From an uncultured archaeon (GTDB taxonomy: Archaea > Aenigmatarchaeota > Aenigmatarchaeia > CG10238-14 > SCSR01), in assembly GCA_964372485.1 (NCBI GenBank), contig CAYJQI010000001.1, positions 707,829-771,828 on the forward strand: a DNA stretch of 64,000 nt, written 5' to 3'. Numbering within the stretch: the stretch's first letter is position 1; every line of letters begins with the position of its first letter. The translations under genes and the position numbers were made by a program. The notes below the pieces were generated by a model that had not been told where the DNA came from, searched no databases, and worked only from the letters and a program-made list of their open reading frames with translations. This document shows, piece after piece, positions 50,855 to 60,823 of the stretch.

Positions 50855-52306
50855 TTACTTGCTAATGGACTTGACTATCCTCATTACTTCCTGAGGATCC
50901 ATCTTTCCCCGGACTTTACTCATAACAATTCCATATGCTCTTTCAAACGACATTCCTGGTTGAGCTAAGATTTCTCCAGCCATATTCTTCACATCGTCTG
51001 ATGTAATTGGTTTCAAATCTAGTTCTTTCATTGCATCTGCAACCCCATTCTGTGGATATGTTGCAAGATATCTAACAATCTCAGGTATGGCTTCTTTCAT
51101 GATCTTCTTGTCTTGCAAATAATCAAAAATTTCCATCAATTTGTGCTCAGATACACGATCCATTTCAATTTTTTCTCTTCTAACAAGATCTTTGATAACT
51201 GAAGTGAAAGTAGTTGCAACTGTTGTAGGTTCAACTTTTCTTGAAGAAATAATTTTTTCAAAAAGATGCAGATATTCCGATCCGAGGATTTCTCTAGCAA
51301 GACCATCAGGTAGTTTTAATTTTGTTTTGAACCTATCTAACTTGTTTGTCCAAGGTTCAGGAAGATTCTTTTTCATATTTGAAAGAAATTCACCATTAAT
51401 CGCAATAGGATGTATATCTGTTTCAGGATACATTCGATGTGATCCAGGCAATGGGCGTAAGAATTTTGTAGTCCCATCAAGATTAGCAGCACGTGTTTCT
51501 TCTTTCGGCTTCTCTACCATCTGTCGTCTAACTTCAAACTCAATAACTTTAGATAATAATCCAAGTTCCTGTACACCTTTAACTTCAATTCGTGGTCCGT
51601 TTCTAATACTAACATTCACATCTTGTCTGATTGAACCTATTCCATGTTTAGTTTTCCCTGTTGACCTCGCCATTATTCCAATATTATATGAAATTTCCTG
51701 CAGTTCTTGTGGGTTGAACCCTTCCAAAATCCCTGTATCAATCTCAACTAATGGCACACCTAATCTGTTTAATCTATATACAACTTTTCCATTCTCTTCA
51801 CCAACAATTGCAGCGGCGTCTTCTTCCAAACTAACTTGTGTTATTGGTATTCGTTTTCCTTTGTAACTCATGTGGCCATTCATTCCAACAATTATCGTTC
51901 GTTGGAATCCACTTGTATTACTTCCATCAATAACAGTTTTTCTCATGATATGAAATTCATCCGGTATCTCGCAATTTAACAATAATGATATCTGCAATGC
52001 AACATCCAACGCTTCTTTATTCACATTGTGTGGAGGTTCTTCATCAAGTTCAACAAGACATGTTTCATTATTGAAAACTTGATAATGGAAAACCCTGTCT
52101 TGGAAATACTCAAACTGCGCAGCATCATCTACAGACCCCAATTCTGATGCAACAGGATGTAACTTTCTTGTAACTGTCATTATAGGATTTTTTTCTTTCA
52201 TTTGTGTTGAACAATTACAAAATAATTTATGTTTTGTATCAAGTTGTTGGTGCAATTCCAATCCTGCTTTTAGTTTTATCGAGTCGTAATTTATTTTTTT
52301 ATCCAT
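50855..52306 (-). CDS. gatE: Glu-tRNA(Gln) amidotransferase subunit E, short form
   Basis: It carries GLELHQQLDT.HKLFCNC, DEEPPH, GFQRT and a C-terminal YqeY-like tail. It is coupled to gatD. It has only 483 aa and appears to lack the AspRS-like insertion. Confidence 0.8.
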   Translation of the reverse strand: MDKKINYDSIKLKAGLELHQQLDTKHKLFCNCSTQMKEKNPIMTVTRKLHPVASELGSVDDAAQFEYFQDRVFHYQVFNNETCLVELDEEPPHNVNKEALDVALQISLLLNCEIPDEFHIMRKTVIDGSNTSGFQRTIIVGMNGHMSYKGKRIPITQVSLEEDAAAIVGEENGKVVYRLNRLGVPLVEIDTGILEGFNPQELQEISYNIGIMARSTGKTKHGIGSIRQDVNVSIRNGPRIEVKGVQELGLLSKVIEFEVRRQMVEKPKEETRAANLDGTTKFLRPLPGSHRMYPETDIHPIAINGEFLSNMKKNLPEPWTNKLDRFKTKLKLPDGLAREILGSEYLHLFEKIISSRKVEPTTVATTFTSVIKDLVRREKIEMDRVSEHKLMEIFDYLQDKKIMKEAIPEIVRYLATYPQNGVADAMKELDLKPITSDDVKNMAGEILAQPGMSFERAYGIVMSKVRGKMDPQEVMRIVKSISK

Positions 52307-53634
52307 TAAACCACAGTCCTGTCACTTATTTCTCCAGAATAATTTGTCATCATCATTTCTTTGACTTTACTAATTTCTTTGGTGTGACCCAAAACCCACA
52401 TTAATTTTACAAGTGCAGTCTCCGGTGTCCAATCACATTCATTTCCAATCACACCTGTCTCATTCAACAATCTCCCTGCTTCGTAAATATTCAAATCTAA
52501 TCTCCCTTTGATTGTTTGTGGTGCCATAACGATTGGTATTCCTGAATGAATGAGAGTTTTGATAACTGGTAATAAACTTTTCGAATGTGGATCATTGTTT
52601 GGATTTGCAGGAACATGTCCCAACCCTGTACCAGCAATAACAATACCGTCAAAAGTTCTGAGAGATTGAAGAAACTCCGGTTTTATTCCCGGATATACGT
52701 AAACTAATGCAACGTTTGAATTAATTTTCTCATCTAACTTTACAGTTCTCTTTTCACGCAAAGTATAATCATTTCTGAGATATTCGATTCTCTTATCAGG
52801 ATAGAAAACTTTTGCATATGGCTGAACATTTACACTTTTGAACGCGTCCCTTCGTGAGGTGTGTAATTTTCTAACTTTAGTTCCAGGATGAAGATAACAA
52901 AAATCATCATTTACACTTCCATGCATGCATACAACGACTTCTGCTATGCTAGATTGAGCAGCTGCAGTTACTGCGGATACGAGATTTACATGATTATCAC
53001 TACTTCCTCTATCACTGCTTCTCTGTGCACCAACCAAAACTACTGGAACAGGTAAATCCTTCAACATGAAACTCAAAGCTGCGGCAGTGTAATGTAAAGT
53101 ATCAGTGCCGTGCATCAAAACAACACCGTCAGCACCCGAATTGATTTCTTTAACAACTTCTTGAGCAATTATCTTCCAGTGTTCAGGAGACATGTCTTCT
53201 GATAAAAGATCGAAAAGTTTCCTTGCCTTAATATTTGCTATCTCACCGAGTTCTGGAAATGTTAATAGTAAATCTGCAGGAGAGAATGCTGGAAATACTC
53301 CTCCGGTATGATATTCCACTCGAGAAGCGATCGTACCACCGCATCCTAAGATGGAAACTGTTGGTTTTTCAGGATCTTTTTTTGTAGCAATTTCACTAGA
53401 CTTGAATTTTATAGGTTTTCCTTTCTCCACGAGCTTTATTTTGACGTTTTTGTCAAATTTTAAACCAATATTATAACCGTTGTTTAGTTTCAGAACCAAA
53501 GTTGATCTATCCCCCAGCTTAATTCTGGGCATGAGTATACCTTCATACTCAAGTTTGTCCTTAGTTACAAGAATTTTATCTCCAACCTTGATCTTCCTAC
53601 TATTCAGCAAAAATTCGACTTCTTGAGAATACAA
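52306..53634 (-). CDS. gatD: Glu-tRNA(Gln) amidotransferase subunit D (asparaginase-like)
   Basis: The asparaginase motifs are ILGCGGTIAS and HGTDT, with an N-terminal GatD-specific domain. Confidence 0.92.
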   Translation of the reverse strand: MYSQEVEFLLNSRKIKVGDKILVTKDKLEYEGILMPRIKLGDRSTLVLKLNNGYNIGLKFDKNVKIKLVEKGKPIKFKSSEIATKKDPEKPTVSILGCGGTIASRVEYHTGGVFPAFSPADLLLTFPELGEIANIKARKLFDLLSEDMSPEHWKIIAQEVVKEINSGADGVVLMHGTDTLHYTAAALSFMLKDLPVPVVLVGAQRSSDRGSSDNHVNLVSAVTAAAQSSIAEVVVCMHGSVNDDFCYLHPGTKVRKLHTSRRDAFKSVNVQPYAKVFYPDKRIEYLRNDYTLREKRTVKLDEKINSNVALVYVYPGIKPEFLQSLRTFDGIVIAGTGLGHVPANPNNDPHSKSLLPVIKTLIHSGIPIVMAPQTIKGRLDLNIYEAGRLLNETGVIGNECDWTPETALVKLMWVLGHTKEISKVKEMMMTNYSGEISDRTVV

Positions 53635-53680
53635 GCTTGTCCCTTAATAATTACGTTTCAAGAATATAAAATGATGAGAT

Positions 53681-54583
53681 TTAGAACATATTTTGAGTAA
53701 TCTGAGTTACGAAATTTATGTCCATTAGATCAAGATCTTTCTTTGCTTCAGACGAATCACAAATATTACCTTCAAGGAGCATGATAATTTGATCTTTTGT
53801 AACTGGGAATTGTGGAATCCATTCAAAAATTGGTAAAAGATTCATGGACCAAACTGGAAAAGACAATTTAATTATCTTCAATTTGTACGATTTTATAATT
53901 ATATCCAATATTTCGTTATATGTATAAGCTTCAGGACCACCGAGATGGTAGATTTTCTTGAAAGAGTGATTGTTGTTTATTGATTTGACAAATGCATTTG
54001 CTACAGTTTCTACTGATACAGGTTGTAATTTATAATTTCCATCTCCAAAATATAGTGCGACATCGTATTTTTCTATTGTTTGAGCTAATTTATTCGCAAA
54101 ATCATCATTACCACCAAAAATTATAGAAGGTCTAAAAATTGTGTATTCTAAACCGGATTTTTTCACAAATTCTTCTGCAGCGTGTTTAGTTTTTTGATAT
54201 TTTGTACCGTTTGGCTTGGCTCCATTCGCACTCATGTGAAGAAATTGTTTTATTTTGTTTTCTTTGGCTGCTGCAATCATATTTTTAGTTGATTCTACAT
54301 GAATTTTTTCAAAAGTAATTCCTTTCCAAATATTTTCCCGTATTATTCCGACAAGATGGATTACAACATCACATCCTTTCATTGATTTGATGAGAAAATC
54401 TGGATCATTTACGTTTCCCTGAATAATTTCTATAAGTTTAGATTTCACATCCGGTTTATTTTTATGAGTTAGAACTTTTACTTTGTAATTTGCTTCTACA
54501 AGTTTCTGAAGAATTTCATTTCCAACAAATCCCGTTCCACCAGTCAAAAATATTTTCTTATACATCTTTTCACCAGAAAGCAT
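53681..54583 (-). CDS. Atypical SDR / NAD(P)-binding epimerase-dehydratase family protein (NDUFA9/NmrA-like)
   Basis: The Rossmann motif is IFLTGGTGFVGNEI. The true start is probably MYKKIF at 54565. Confidence 0.75.
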   Translation of the reverse strand: MLSGEKMYKKIFLTGGTGFVGNEILQKLVEANYKVKVLTHKNKPDVKSKLIEIIQGNVNDPDFLIKSMKGCDVVIHLVGIIRENIWKGITFEKIHVESTKNMIAAAKENKIKQFLHMSANGAKPNGTKYQKTKHAAEEFVKKSGLEYTIFRPSIIFGGNDDFANKLAQTIEKYDVALYFGDGNYKLQPVSVETVANAFVKSINNNHSFKKIYHLGGPEAYTYNEILDIIIKSYKLKIIKLSFPVWSMNLLPIFEWIPQFPVTKDQIIMLLEGNICDSSEAKKDLDLMDINFVTQITQNMF

Positions 54584-54887
54584 TTAATAACTCCCACTAA
54601 ATTATTGTTATTCTGAATATTAGGAGGTGACATAGTTGGCAAGAAGACGCGCTAGAAGATCCGCTCGAAGAGAAGAAGCAGAGTAAGACACTTCTGTTAT
54701 TTTCCTTTATACCTCTTCCAGTATTTGTTTAAATTTATCTTTTCCCAAACTACCTTGGTTTTCTTCAAATGTTGTTTAACTTTTCGAAATCTTTGTTTTA
54801 GAATTACCATGAATTATATTGGTTCTGCAAGTTTTTACTGGTTTGTGAAGTACTACTATATATACATGAAGCAACATATTTTGTAAA

Positions 54888-56045
54888 ATGCGGGAACACC
54901 TGAAATTGTTTTCTTTGGGTGGATTATTAATAATTCTGGCTACAGTTGTTTTGGCAGCCTCATTATCTAATTCGCCTTCAGCATGTAGCGGTCAGTGGAC
55001 AAATTGTTCAAATGCATTCGGTGATAATTCCAACAGGGCAACTGCTTCTGTAACAGCATCCGCAAATAAGAGTGGTATATGGAATAATTATGGATTTTCT
55101 GTAGCAGATAGCGCATCGATAGACCAAGTTGTTATAAGGGCTGATTTCTTTGCAAGCAAAACAAATGGTTATATTAATGTTAGAGTTAGTGGAGATGGTG
55201 GTGCAACTTTCGGTCCATCTCATGTGGTTGGTGGAAATACAGCTGAACAAACTTTCAACATAGATGTGACCAATGACTTGGCATGGACATCATCTAAACT
55301 TAACAATTCAAACCTTCGAGTGAATGTAACTTGTTTCAAGCAGGGAAGTGGAAGCAATCCAACATGCAATCTAGATTGGCTACCAATAAATGTTACTTAT
55401 ACGTCATTTGATTTTTCAGTTTCTGCAAGTCCAAGCAGCGATACCATTGTGCAAGGTGAAAGTGCAGAATCTAACATAACAGTTACTTTACTTGGTGGGG
55501 TTTCTCAAAATGTAGCACTTTCGGTAGAAGGATGTCCTACTAATGCAATATGTAATCTCAATCCTTCATCTGGATCTCCAACTTACACATCTGTATTTAC
55601 AGTTATTACAAATGCATCGACACCTTTAGGAACGCATTTAATTAATGTTTCCGGAACTGGAGATGGTCTTACAAGAAAAACTAGTTTTACATTAACTATT
55701 AATGAAGATTGCACAAGAGCCAATCCAACAGTTTTAATATCACCAGATACACAGGATGCATCAGCTGGTTCACAATTAAACTACACTACTGAAGTGACAA
55801 ATAATGACTCAAACGGTTGTGGATCTTCAGTATTCAGTTTGACAAGAACTATTCCATCGGGATGGACGGGAACATTTCTCTCCAATTCATTAACAATAAG
55901 TCCAGGTAGCTCTGCGTCAACTACATTCATGTTAACATCTTTATCAAATTCAACAGCAGGAGATTACAACTTCAACAACACAGCAACTAATTCAAACTCA
56001 TCTTCATTCAAGTCAAGTGATTCGGCTGTATATCACGTAAATTAA
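54888..56045 (+). CDS. Secreted Ser/Thr/Asn-rich surface protein with beta-sandwich modules
   Basis: It has a signal peptide and many NxS/T sequons. Its N-terminal module ends CNLDWLPINVTY, like the N-module of the giant protein (CGVDWINLTVNW). Confidence 0.6.
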   Translation: MREHLKLFSLGGLLIILATVVLAASLSNSPSACSGQWTNCSNAFGDNSNRATASVTASANKSGIWNNYGFSVADSASIDQVVIRADFFASKTNGYINVRVSGDGGATFGPSHVVGGNTAEQTFNIDVTNDLAWTSSKLNNSNLRVNVTCFKQGSGSNPTCNLDWLPINVTYTSFDFSVSASPSSDTIVQGESAESNITVTLLGGVSQNVALSVEGCPTNAICNLNPSSGSPTYTSVFTVITNASTPLGTHLINVSGTGDGLTRKTSFTLTINEDCTRANPTVLISPDTQDASAGSQLNYTTEVTNNDSNGCGSSVFSLTRTIPSGWTGTFLSNSLTISPGSSASTTFMLTSLSNSTAGDYNFNNTATNSNSSSFKSSDSAVYHVN

Positions 56046-56046
56046 T

Positions 56047-57756
56047 TCAACTTACGATTGATTGTATAAATCCTATAAACAATGGACTCGGTGTTAACGG
56101 ACGGGATAAAAATTCTCCATGTGATTGTGTTGCAACAAAAAATTTATTTTTTGGTATTTCTATAAACTCGACTAGATTTCTTTTTTCATATATACCTGAT
56201 AATAACATCCCATTTTCTTCCAAAATTTTATGGAATTGTGGATTCAGTTCCCATCGATGACGATGTCTTTCTATAACAGATTCTTTATTATAAATTTTCC
56301 TCACAATAGAACCTTCTTTTAATTTTGCCGGATATCCACCAAGTCTCATTGTTCCACCCATATTGGAATTTTCAATATTAGTTTTTTGTTCAGCTATTAT
56401 GTCAATCACCGGACAATCTGTACTAGAATCTACTTCCGTTGTATGAGCCGTTTTTAATCCGCAAACATTCCGTGCAAATTCTACCACCGCCATTTGCATA
56501 CCATAGCATAATCCAAGATAAGGAATATTGTTTTCACGGACGTAATTTATTGCAGCAATTTTTCCTTCAACACCTCTTTTACCAAAACCACCAGGAACAA
56601 TTACACCTTGAACATTTTTCAAAGCTTCCTCAACATTTATTTTTCCATCTTCGATATCAGTAGCTTCAACCCATTTTATTTTAACCTTTGTACCAAAATA
56701 CGGAGCTGCATGCTCAAGAGATTTTATGATACTCAAATAAGAATCATGAACATTTGTGTATTTCCCAACAATTCCAACTACAATTTCTTTGTTTGCATTT
56801 TTTACTTTATCAACAAATTCATTCCAATTTTTAAAATTGAGAACACTATCACCATTTTCTTTCGGGGAAAGATTCAAAATCTTAAACAATTCAGCATCCA
56901 ATCCTGTATTTTGAAGCATTAGTGGAATTTCATATACATTTGAAAAATCGTACAAATTATAAACTCTTGTAACAGGAACATTTCCGAATATGCTAATTTT
57001 TTCCTTAACAGAATTCGGTATTGGGTTTTTAGACCTGCAAATTATCATATCAGGTTGTGTGCCTAATGATAATAATTGTCGCAATCCGATTTGTGCAGCT
57101 TTACTTTTGAATTCTCCAAGAGATTCGGGCTCAATTATAAAAGTTACATTAACAAAAGCAACATTTGATCTTCCTTCTTCATATTGCAATTCGCGCATAG
57201 CTTCAACAAAATAAGAATTTTCCAAATCTCCGACAGTTCCACCGACTTCAACAAGAACAACATCTGCATTTGTTTTTGTAGCAAGATCACGCAGAAAATA
57301 TTTTATTTCACCAGTAACATGTGGAATGAATTGAATATCTCTTCCAAGATATTCACCTTTTCTTTCTTTGTCCAAAATTATTTTGAAAATCTTTCCCCCA
57401 GTCAAATAATTATCTTTTGTGAGATTTCTATGGAGAGCTCTTTCATAAGAGCCGAGATCTAAATCACATTCTGTTCCATCATCCAATACAAAAACTTCAC
57501 CATGACGATAAGGAGTTAAAGTTCCTGCATCTACATTCAAATATCCGTCAAATTTTATTGGTGAAACTTTAAGGCCATGGCAACTTAGTAAAGTAGCGAG
57601 TGCAGCAGAAAAAGTTCCCTTTCCGACACCAGACATTACACTTCCTGTAATGATGACAAATTTAGTTTTACCAGTTTGGTATCCGATAGGTATGAAAGAA
57701 TTAGACTCATGCTCTAATGTTCGCTCGGCTAAAGTTTTTCCGTTAACAAGTGACAC
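56047..57756 (-). CDS. pyrG: CTP synthase
   Basis: Full-length match. The synthetase motif is GSVMSGVGKG and the glutaminase motif is GLCYGMQ. Confidence 0.96.
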   Translation of the reverse strand: MSLVNGKTLAERTLEHESNSFIPIGYQTGKTKFVIITGSVMSGVGKGTFSAALATLLSCHGLKVSPIKFDGYLNVDAGTLTPYRHGEVFVLDDGTECDLDLGSYERALHRNLTKDNYLTGGKIFKIILDKERKGEYLGRDIQFIPHVTGEIKYFLRDLATKTNADVVLVEVGGTVGDLENSYFVEAMRELQYEEGRSNVAFVNVTFIIEPESLGEFKSKAAQIGLRQLLSLGTQPDMIICRSKNPIPNSVKEKISIFGNVPVTRVYNLYDFSNVYEIPLMLQNTGLDAELFKILNLSPKENGDSVLNFKNWNEFVDKVKNANKEIVVGIVGKYTNVHDSYLSIIKSLEHAAPYFGTKVKIKWVEATDIEDGKINVEEALKNVQGVIVPGGFGKRGVEGKIAAINYVRENNIPYLGLCYGMQMAVVEFARNVCGLKTAHTTEVDSSTDCPVIDIIAEQKTNIENSNMGGTMRLGGYPAKLKEGSIVRKIYNKESVIERHRHRWELNPQFHKILEENGMLLSGIYEKRNLVEFIEIPKNKFFVATQSHGEFLSRPLTPSPLFIGFIQSIVS

Positions 57757-57785
57757 ACCAAAATAGGATTCTAAAACTTATAAGC

Positions 57786-58931
57786 TTATCTTCCAAAAAC
57801 GATCGAGACAACATCTTTATGTTTAAGAATATGATCTGCCGCCAATCTCATTTTTGTTTTCACATCAATCCCTGTAATAAATTTCTCACCAAGTTGTGTG
57901 TGAACTTTGAAGGCAAACTCTTTCATTGTAGTTCCATTAGGAACCAGCAAAACATCTGGTAAAATATTTCCATCCTTGTCTGTTAGTTTGTTAACATCGG
58001 CAACCGGATATACAGCAATGTATCCGAGAATCTCAAAGATGGATTTATTCAAACATTCTTGTACACCAGTCGACCCAAATTTATCGATGACATGTTTTTT
58101 GATGAATTCCAATGCTTTCTTCTGACTTTCATCCATATTTCCTAATATTTCAAAACCATTTCCCACATGATAATTAACAAATCCTTTTTCAGTAGCTTTC
58201 TTCAGCGCTATTTCAGATTCTGCACTTGTAGGAACCAATTCTTTATAACTTCCTTTCAATTTTTCATAATTATTTTGTGCTGGTGGCAAGTCAATTTTAT
58301 TAGCTACAATAAGAATAGGTTTTGATTTTTCTCTCAAGACTCGTGAAAATCTTTCAACATCAGTAATTGGCGATAGTTCCAATGTATCGGATAATTGTTG
58401 TTTTGTTACTTCCAATCCACTCAATTTTTCATGAAGAAAATTAATAAGCTCGGCTTTTGATGTGGGCAGTTTTGTTTTTTCCAAATTTCTTCTGATAACA
58501 CTTTCAAACCATAAATCGATTTCATTTCTTAGAAAACCTATCTCTTTCGACACATCAAAATTTTCTGTTATTTTCCCTTCTTCATCAGTTAAGCCAGATG
58601 CATCAACAACTTGAATTAAAACTGATGCTTGTCGTAAATCATTCATGAATTGATTCCCAATACCTTTACCTAAATGTGATCCTGGAATTAATCCACCAAC
58701 ATCAACTAGTTTAACCGGAATGAATCTCTTTCCATTTTTACAATGTCCGTGTTTTGGCTTACAATCTGTATTATAATTTTTACAAACACAATCAATCACA
58801 ACATAAGCAACACCTGTGTTTGGAGTTATTGTTGTAAATGGTACAGGAGATGTTTTTACATCAATCATCGTTGCGGCTTTGAAAAAAGAGCTCTTACCCG
58901 CAGATGGTTTCCCAACTAACCCAATTATCAT
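57786..58931 (-). CDS. Obg/YchF-like P-loop GTPase with a C-terminal TGS-like domain
   Basis: G1 is GLVGKPSAGKSSFF, G2 is PFTTI, G3 is DVGGL and G4 is NKID. Confidence 0.8.
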   Translation of the reverse strand: MIIGLVGKPSAGKSSFFKAATMIDVKTSPVPFTTITPNTGVAYVVIDCVCKNYNTDCKPKHGHCKNGKRFIPVKLVDVGGLIPGSHLGKGIGNQFMNDLRQASVLIQVVDASGLTDEEGKITENFDVSKEIGFLRNEIDLWFESVIRRNLEKTKLPTSKAELINFLHEKLSGLEVTKQQLSDTLELSPITDVERFSRVLREKSKPILIVANKIDLPPAQNNYEKLKGSYKELVPTSAESEIALKKATEKGFVNYHVGNGFEILGNMDESQKKALEFIKKHVIDKFGSTGVQECLNKSIFEILGYIAVYPVADVNKLTDKDGNILPDVLLVPNGTTMKEFAFKVHTQLGEKFITGIDVKTKMRLAADHILKHKDVVSIVFGR

Positions 58932-59006
58932 ATCAAATAACTATTCAAGAAAGCATTAAAGAGTTACCATTTTGACATATTTATAAATAATCTGGTTATT
59001 TACTTT

Positions 59007-59429
59007 ATGGACAAGAAAGAAACAATCACAGTTCAGACAGTAGTTAATGCTCCTGTAGAAAAAGTTTGGGAATTTTGGACTAATCCCGAGCATATTACTA
59101 AATGGAACAATGCATCGGATGACTGGCACACACCATGGGCAGAAAATGATCTGAGAGTAAGTGGGAAATTTACTTGTCGAATGGAAGCGAAAGATGGTAG
59201 TTCTGGTTTTGACTTTTCAGGTGTATATGATGAAGTAAAAGAAAATGAAGTAATTGCTTACACCATGGACGATGATAGAAAAGTAAAAGTTACTTTCACA
59301 AAGAACAATGATAATGAAACCGAGATAGTGGAAACCTTTGAAGCCGAAGGCACTAATCCTATTGAAATGCAACGTAGCGGATGGCAAGCTATTTTGGACA
59401 ATTTTAAAAAATATGTTGAAGCGAGTTAG
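59007..59429 (+). CDS. SRPBCC-superfamily protein (AHSA1/Aha1-like START fold)
   Basis: The sequence VNAPVEKVWEFWTNPEHITKWN...GKFTCRMEAKDGSSGFDFSGVYDEV is typical for this family. Confidence 0.75.
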   Translation: MDKKETITVQTVVNAPVEKVWEFWTNPEHITKWNNASDDWHTPWAENDLRVSGKFTCRMEAKDGSSGFDFSGVYDEVKENEVIAYTMDDDRKVKVTFTKNNDNETEIVETFEAEGTNPIEMQRSGWQAILDNFKKYVEAS

Positions 59430-59716
59430 CTCTTGGCCATCATGTATAATTCTCTAACCATTCGTTCGATAGTTTGCAATCGTTGATTTATCGCATCATA
59501 CTCCACTTTCATACTATCAACCTGACTTAACATCAGATCTATTTTAGATTTCAAATTGTTAGTTGCAACATCAGATGGTTGGAACTGAGAAGGTGGTATA
59601 TCAGATGGTGGAAGAGGGGGTAATTGATCTTGTACTGGCTCTCTTGATTTTCCTCGACCAAAAATAATTTTGAATGGAAATATGATTATTTTTCCAACTG
59701 TTCCTAAAACTCCCAT
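59426..59716 (-). CDS. Small protein with three parts: a hydrophobic N-terminus, a Pro-rich linker and a C-terminal coiled coil
   Basis: The N-terminus is MGVLGTVGKIIIFPFKIIFG and the linker is PPLPPSDIPPSQFQPSD. A heptad-like LKSKIDLMLSQVDSMKVEYDAINQRLQTIERMVRELY follows. Confidence 0.45.
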   Translation of the reverse strand: MGVLGTVGKIIIFPFKIIFGRGKSREPVQDQLPPLPPSDIPPSQFQPSDVATNNLKSKIDLMLSQVDSMKVEYDAINQRLQTIERMVRELYMMAKS

Positions 59717-59717
59717 T

Positions 59718-60239
59718 TTATGCCCCCTTTAACACAATCTCAGGTGCTATACCCAAAGTCCTTTCGAGTGCACGTTTGAGATCGTTAATTTTTATTCGAC
59801 ACTCTTCCATATAATTTCGTCTTATGTCGTTATAAAGAGTTCTGAAATACAGCCATCTTAATGATTTGTATAAAGCGCTTCTTTGAATGAATGTATTTTC
59901 GGCTGATCTCGTTTGCACTTTTCCTCGTAGGAGTATTGTTACATCACCGTCTTTGTTGGGATCTGCATATTGTTTACCTTCAACTATGATTTCCGGATAA
60001 AGAACTGTCCACATGTCATAAGTTTTCTTGGTGATGAACTTGAAAAAGAACCATCTCGGATCAGATGTATTATCCCAGCGGAAATCACGTTCCCAAACAT
60101 CTTTTCCACGAACATCAAATATTGCTCTTAGAAATCCGCCCATTGCGCCATATATTTTGAATGGATTTGGACCATGATATTCGATTTTTAACTGTCTATC
60201 AGGTGTTAGGCAGTCGTCTTCTAAAATCCATGTTGGCAT
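59718..60239 (-). CDS. Uncharacterised protein, paralogue 1 of a tandem pair
   Basis: It aligns with the next ORF at EYHGPNP/EYTGPNP, ERDFRWD/EREFKWE, LRGKVQT/FEGKIRT and YMEECR/YVEECR. Confidence 0.5.
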   Translation of the reverse strand: MPTWILEDDCLTPDRQLKIEYHGPNPFKIYGAMGGFLRAIFDVRGKDVWERDFRWDNTSDPRWFFFKFITKKTYDMWTVLYPEIIVEGKQYADPNKDGDVTILLRGKVQTRSAENTFIQRSALYKSLRWLYFRTLYNDIRRNYMEECRIKINDLKRALERTLGIAPEIVLKGA

Positions 60240-60243
60240 TCAA

Positions 60244-60771
60244 TCACATCTTTGGGATTATGTTGAAGAAAGTTCTCATTTCATCTGAAAACTGTAACAA
60301 AAGTGCACGGCATTCTTCAACGTACTTTTTTCTAATACCTTGATATATCATTTTGTGGTAGAAAGTCCTTATCATTTCGTAAGGAAGACTTCTCTGCCAT
60401 ACCGTATCTTGAGGGTATTCTGTTCTTATTTTTCCTTCGAACGATATTCTCACAGATCCTTCTTTTCCAAATTCCTGACTAGGCTTGGCATTGCCATCAA
60501 TAGTTATTGTTATATCCTGGAATGTGTGTGTATCGAGATCTTTGATAGTTTCGAATCTAACATGGAAGCTTTCCCCACCAGCCACCTTTTCCCATTTAAA
60601 CTCCCTTTCCTGAATTTCCTTTTCTGTTATGTTAAAAAGAGAACCGAACAATTTACGTATTTGTTCATATGCAAGCTGAGGATTTGGTCCAGTATACTCC
60701 AAAGTCGCCCCAGGCCTTGGAACCAGACAATAGTCATGAATTAGAATTCTTGATCTTGCAAATACTGGCAA
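60244..60771 (-). CDS. Uncharacterised protein, paralogue 2 of a tandem pair
   Basis: See paralogue 1. The two genes are separated by 4 nt. Confidence 0.5.
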   Translation of the reverse strand: MPVFARSRILIHDYCLVPRPGATLEYTGPNPQLAYEQIRKLFGSLFNITEKEIQEREFKWEKVAGGESFHVRFETIKDLDTHTFQDITITIDGNAKPSQEFGKEGSVRISFEGKIRTEYPQDTVWQRSLPYEMIRTFYHKMIYQGIRKKYVEECRALLLQFSDEMRTFFNIIPKM

Positions 60772-60823
60772 ATAATCACTATATTTATTATGGTCATTTA
60801 AAACTAAAAGTTATAGTATAATT

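Noticed and set aside
51141-51866. 241-aa plus-strand ORF inside gatE
   Set aside because: It is antisense to a full-length, motif-bearing GatE, and its product has no recognisable features.
54636-54686. The 16-codon Arg-rich ORF as ribosomal protein eL41
   Set aside because: It is Arg-rich but ends in an acidic EEAE tail and lacks the eL41 Lys/Arg/Trp pattern. It is kept only as a low-interest observation.
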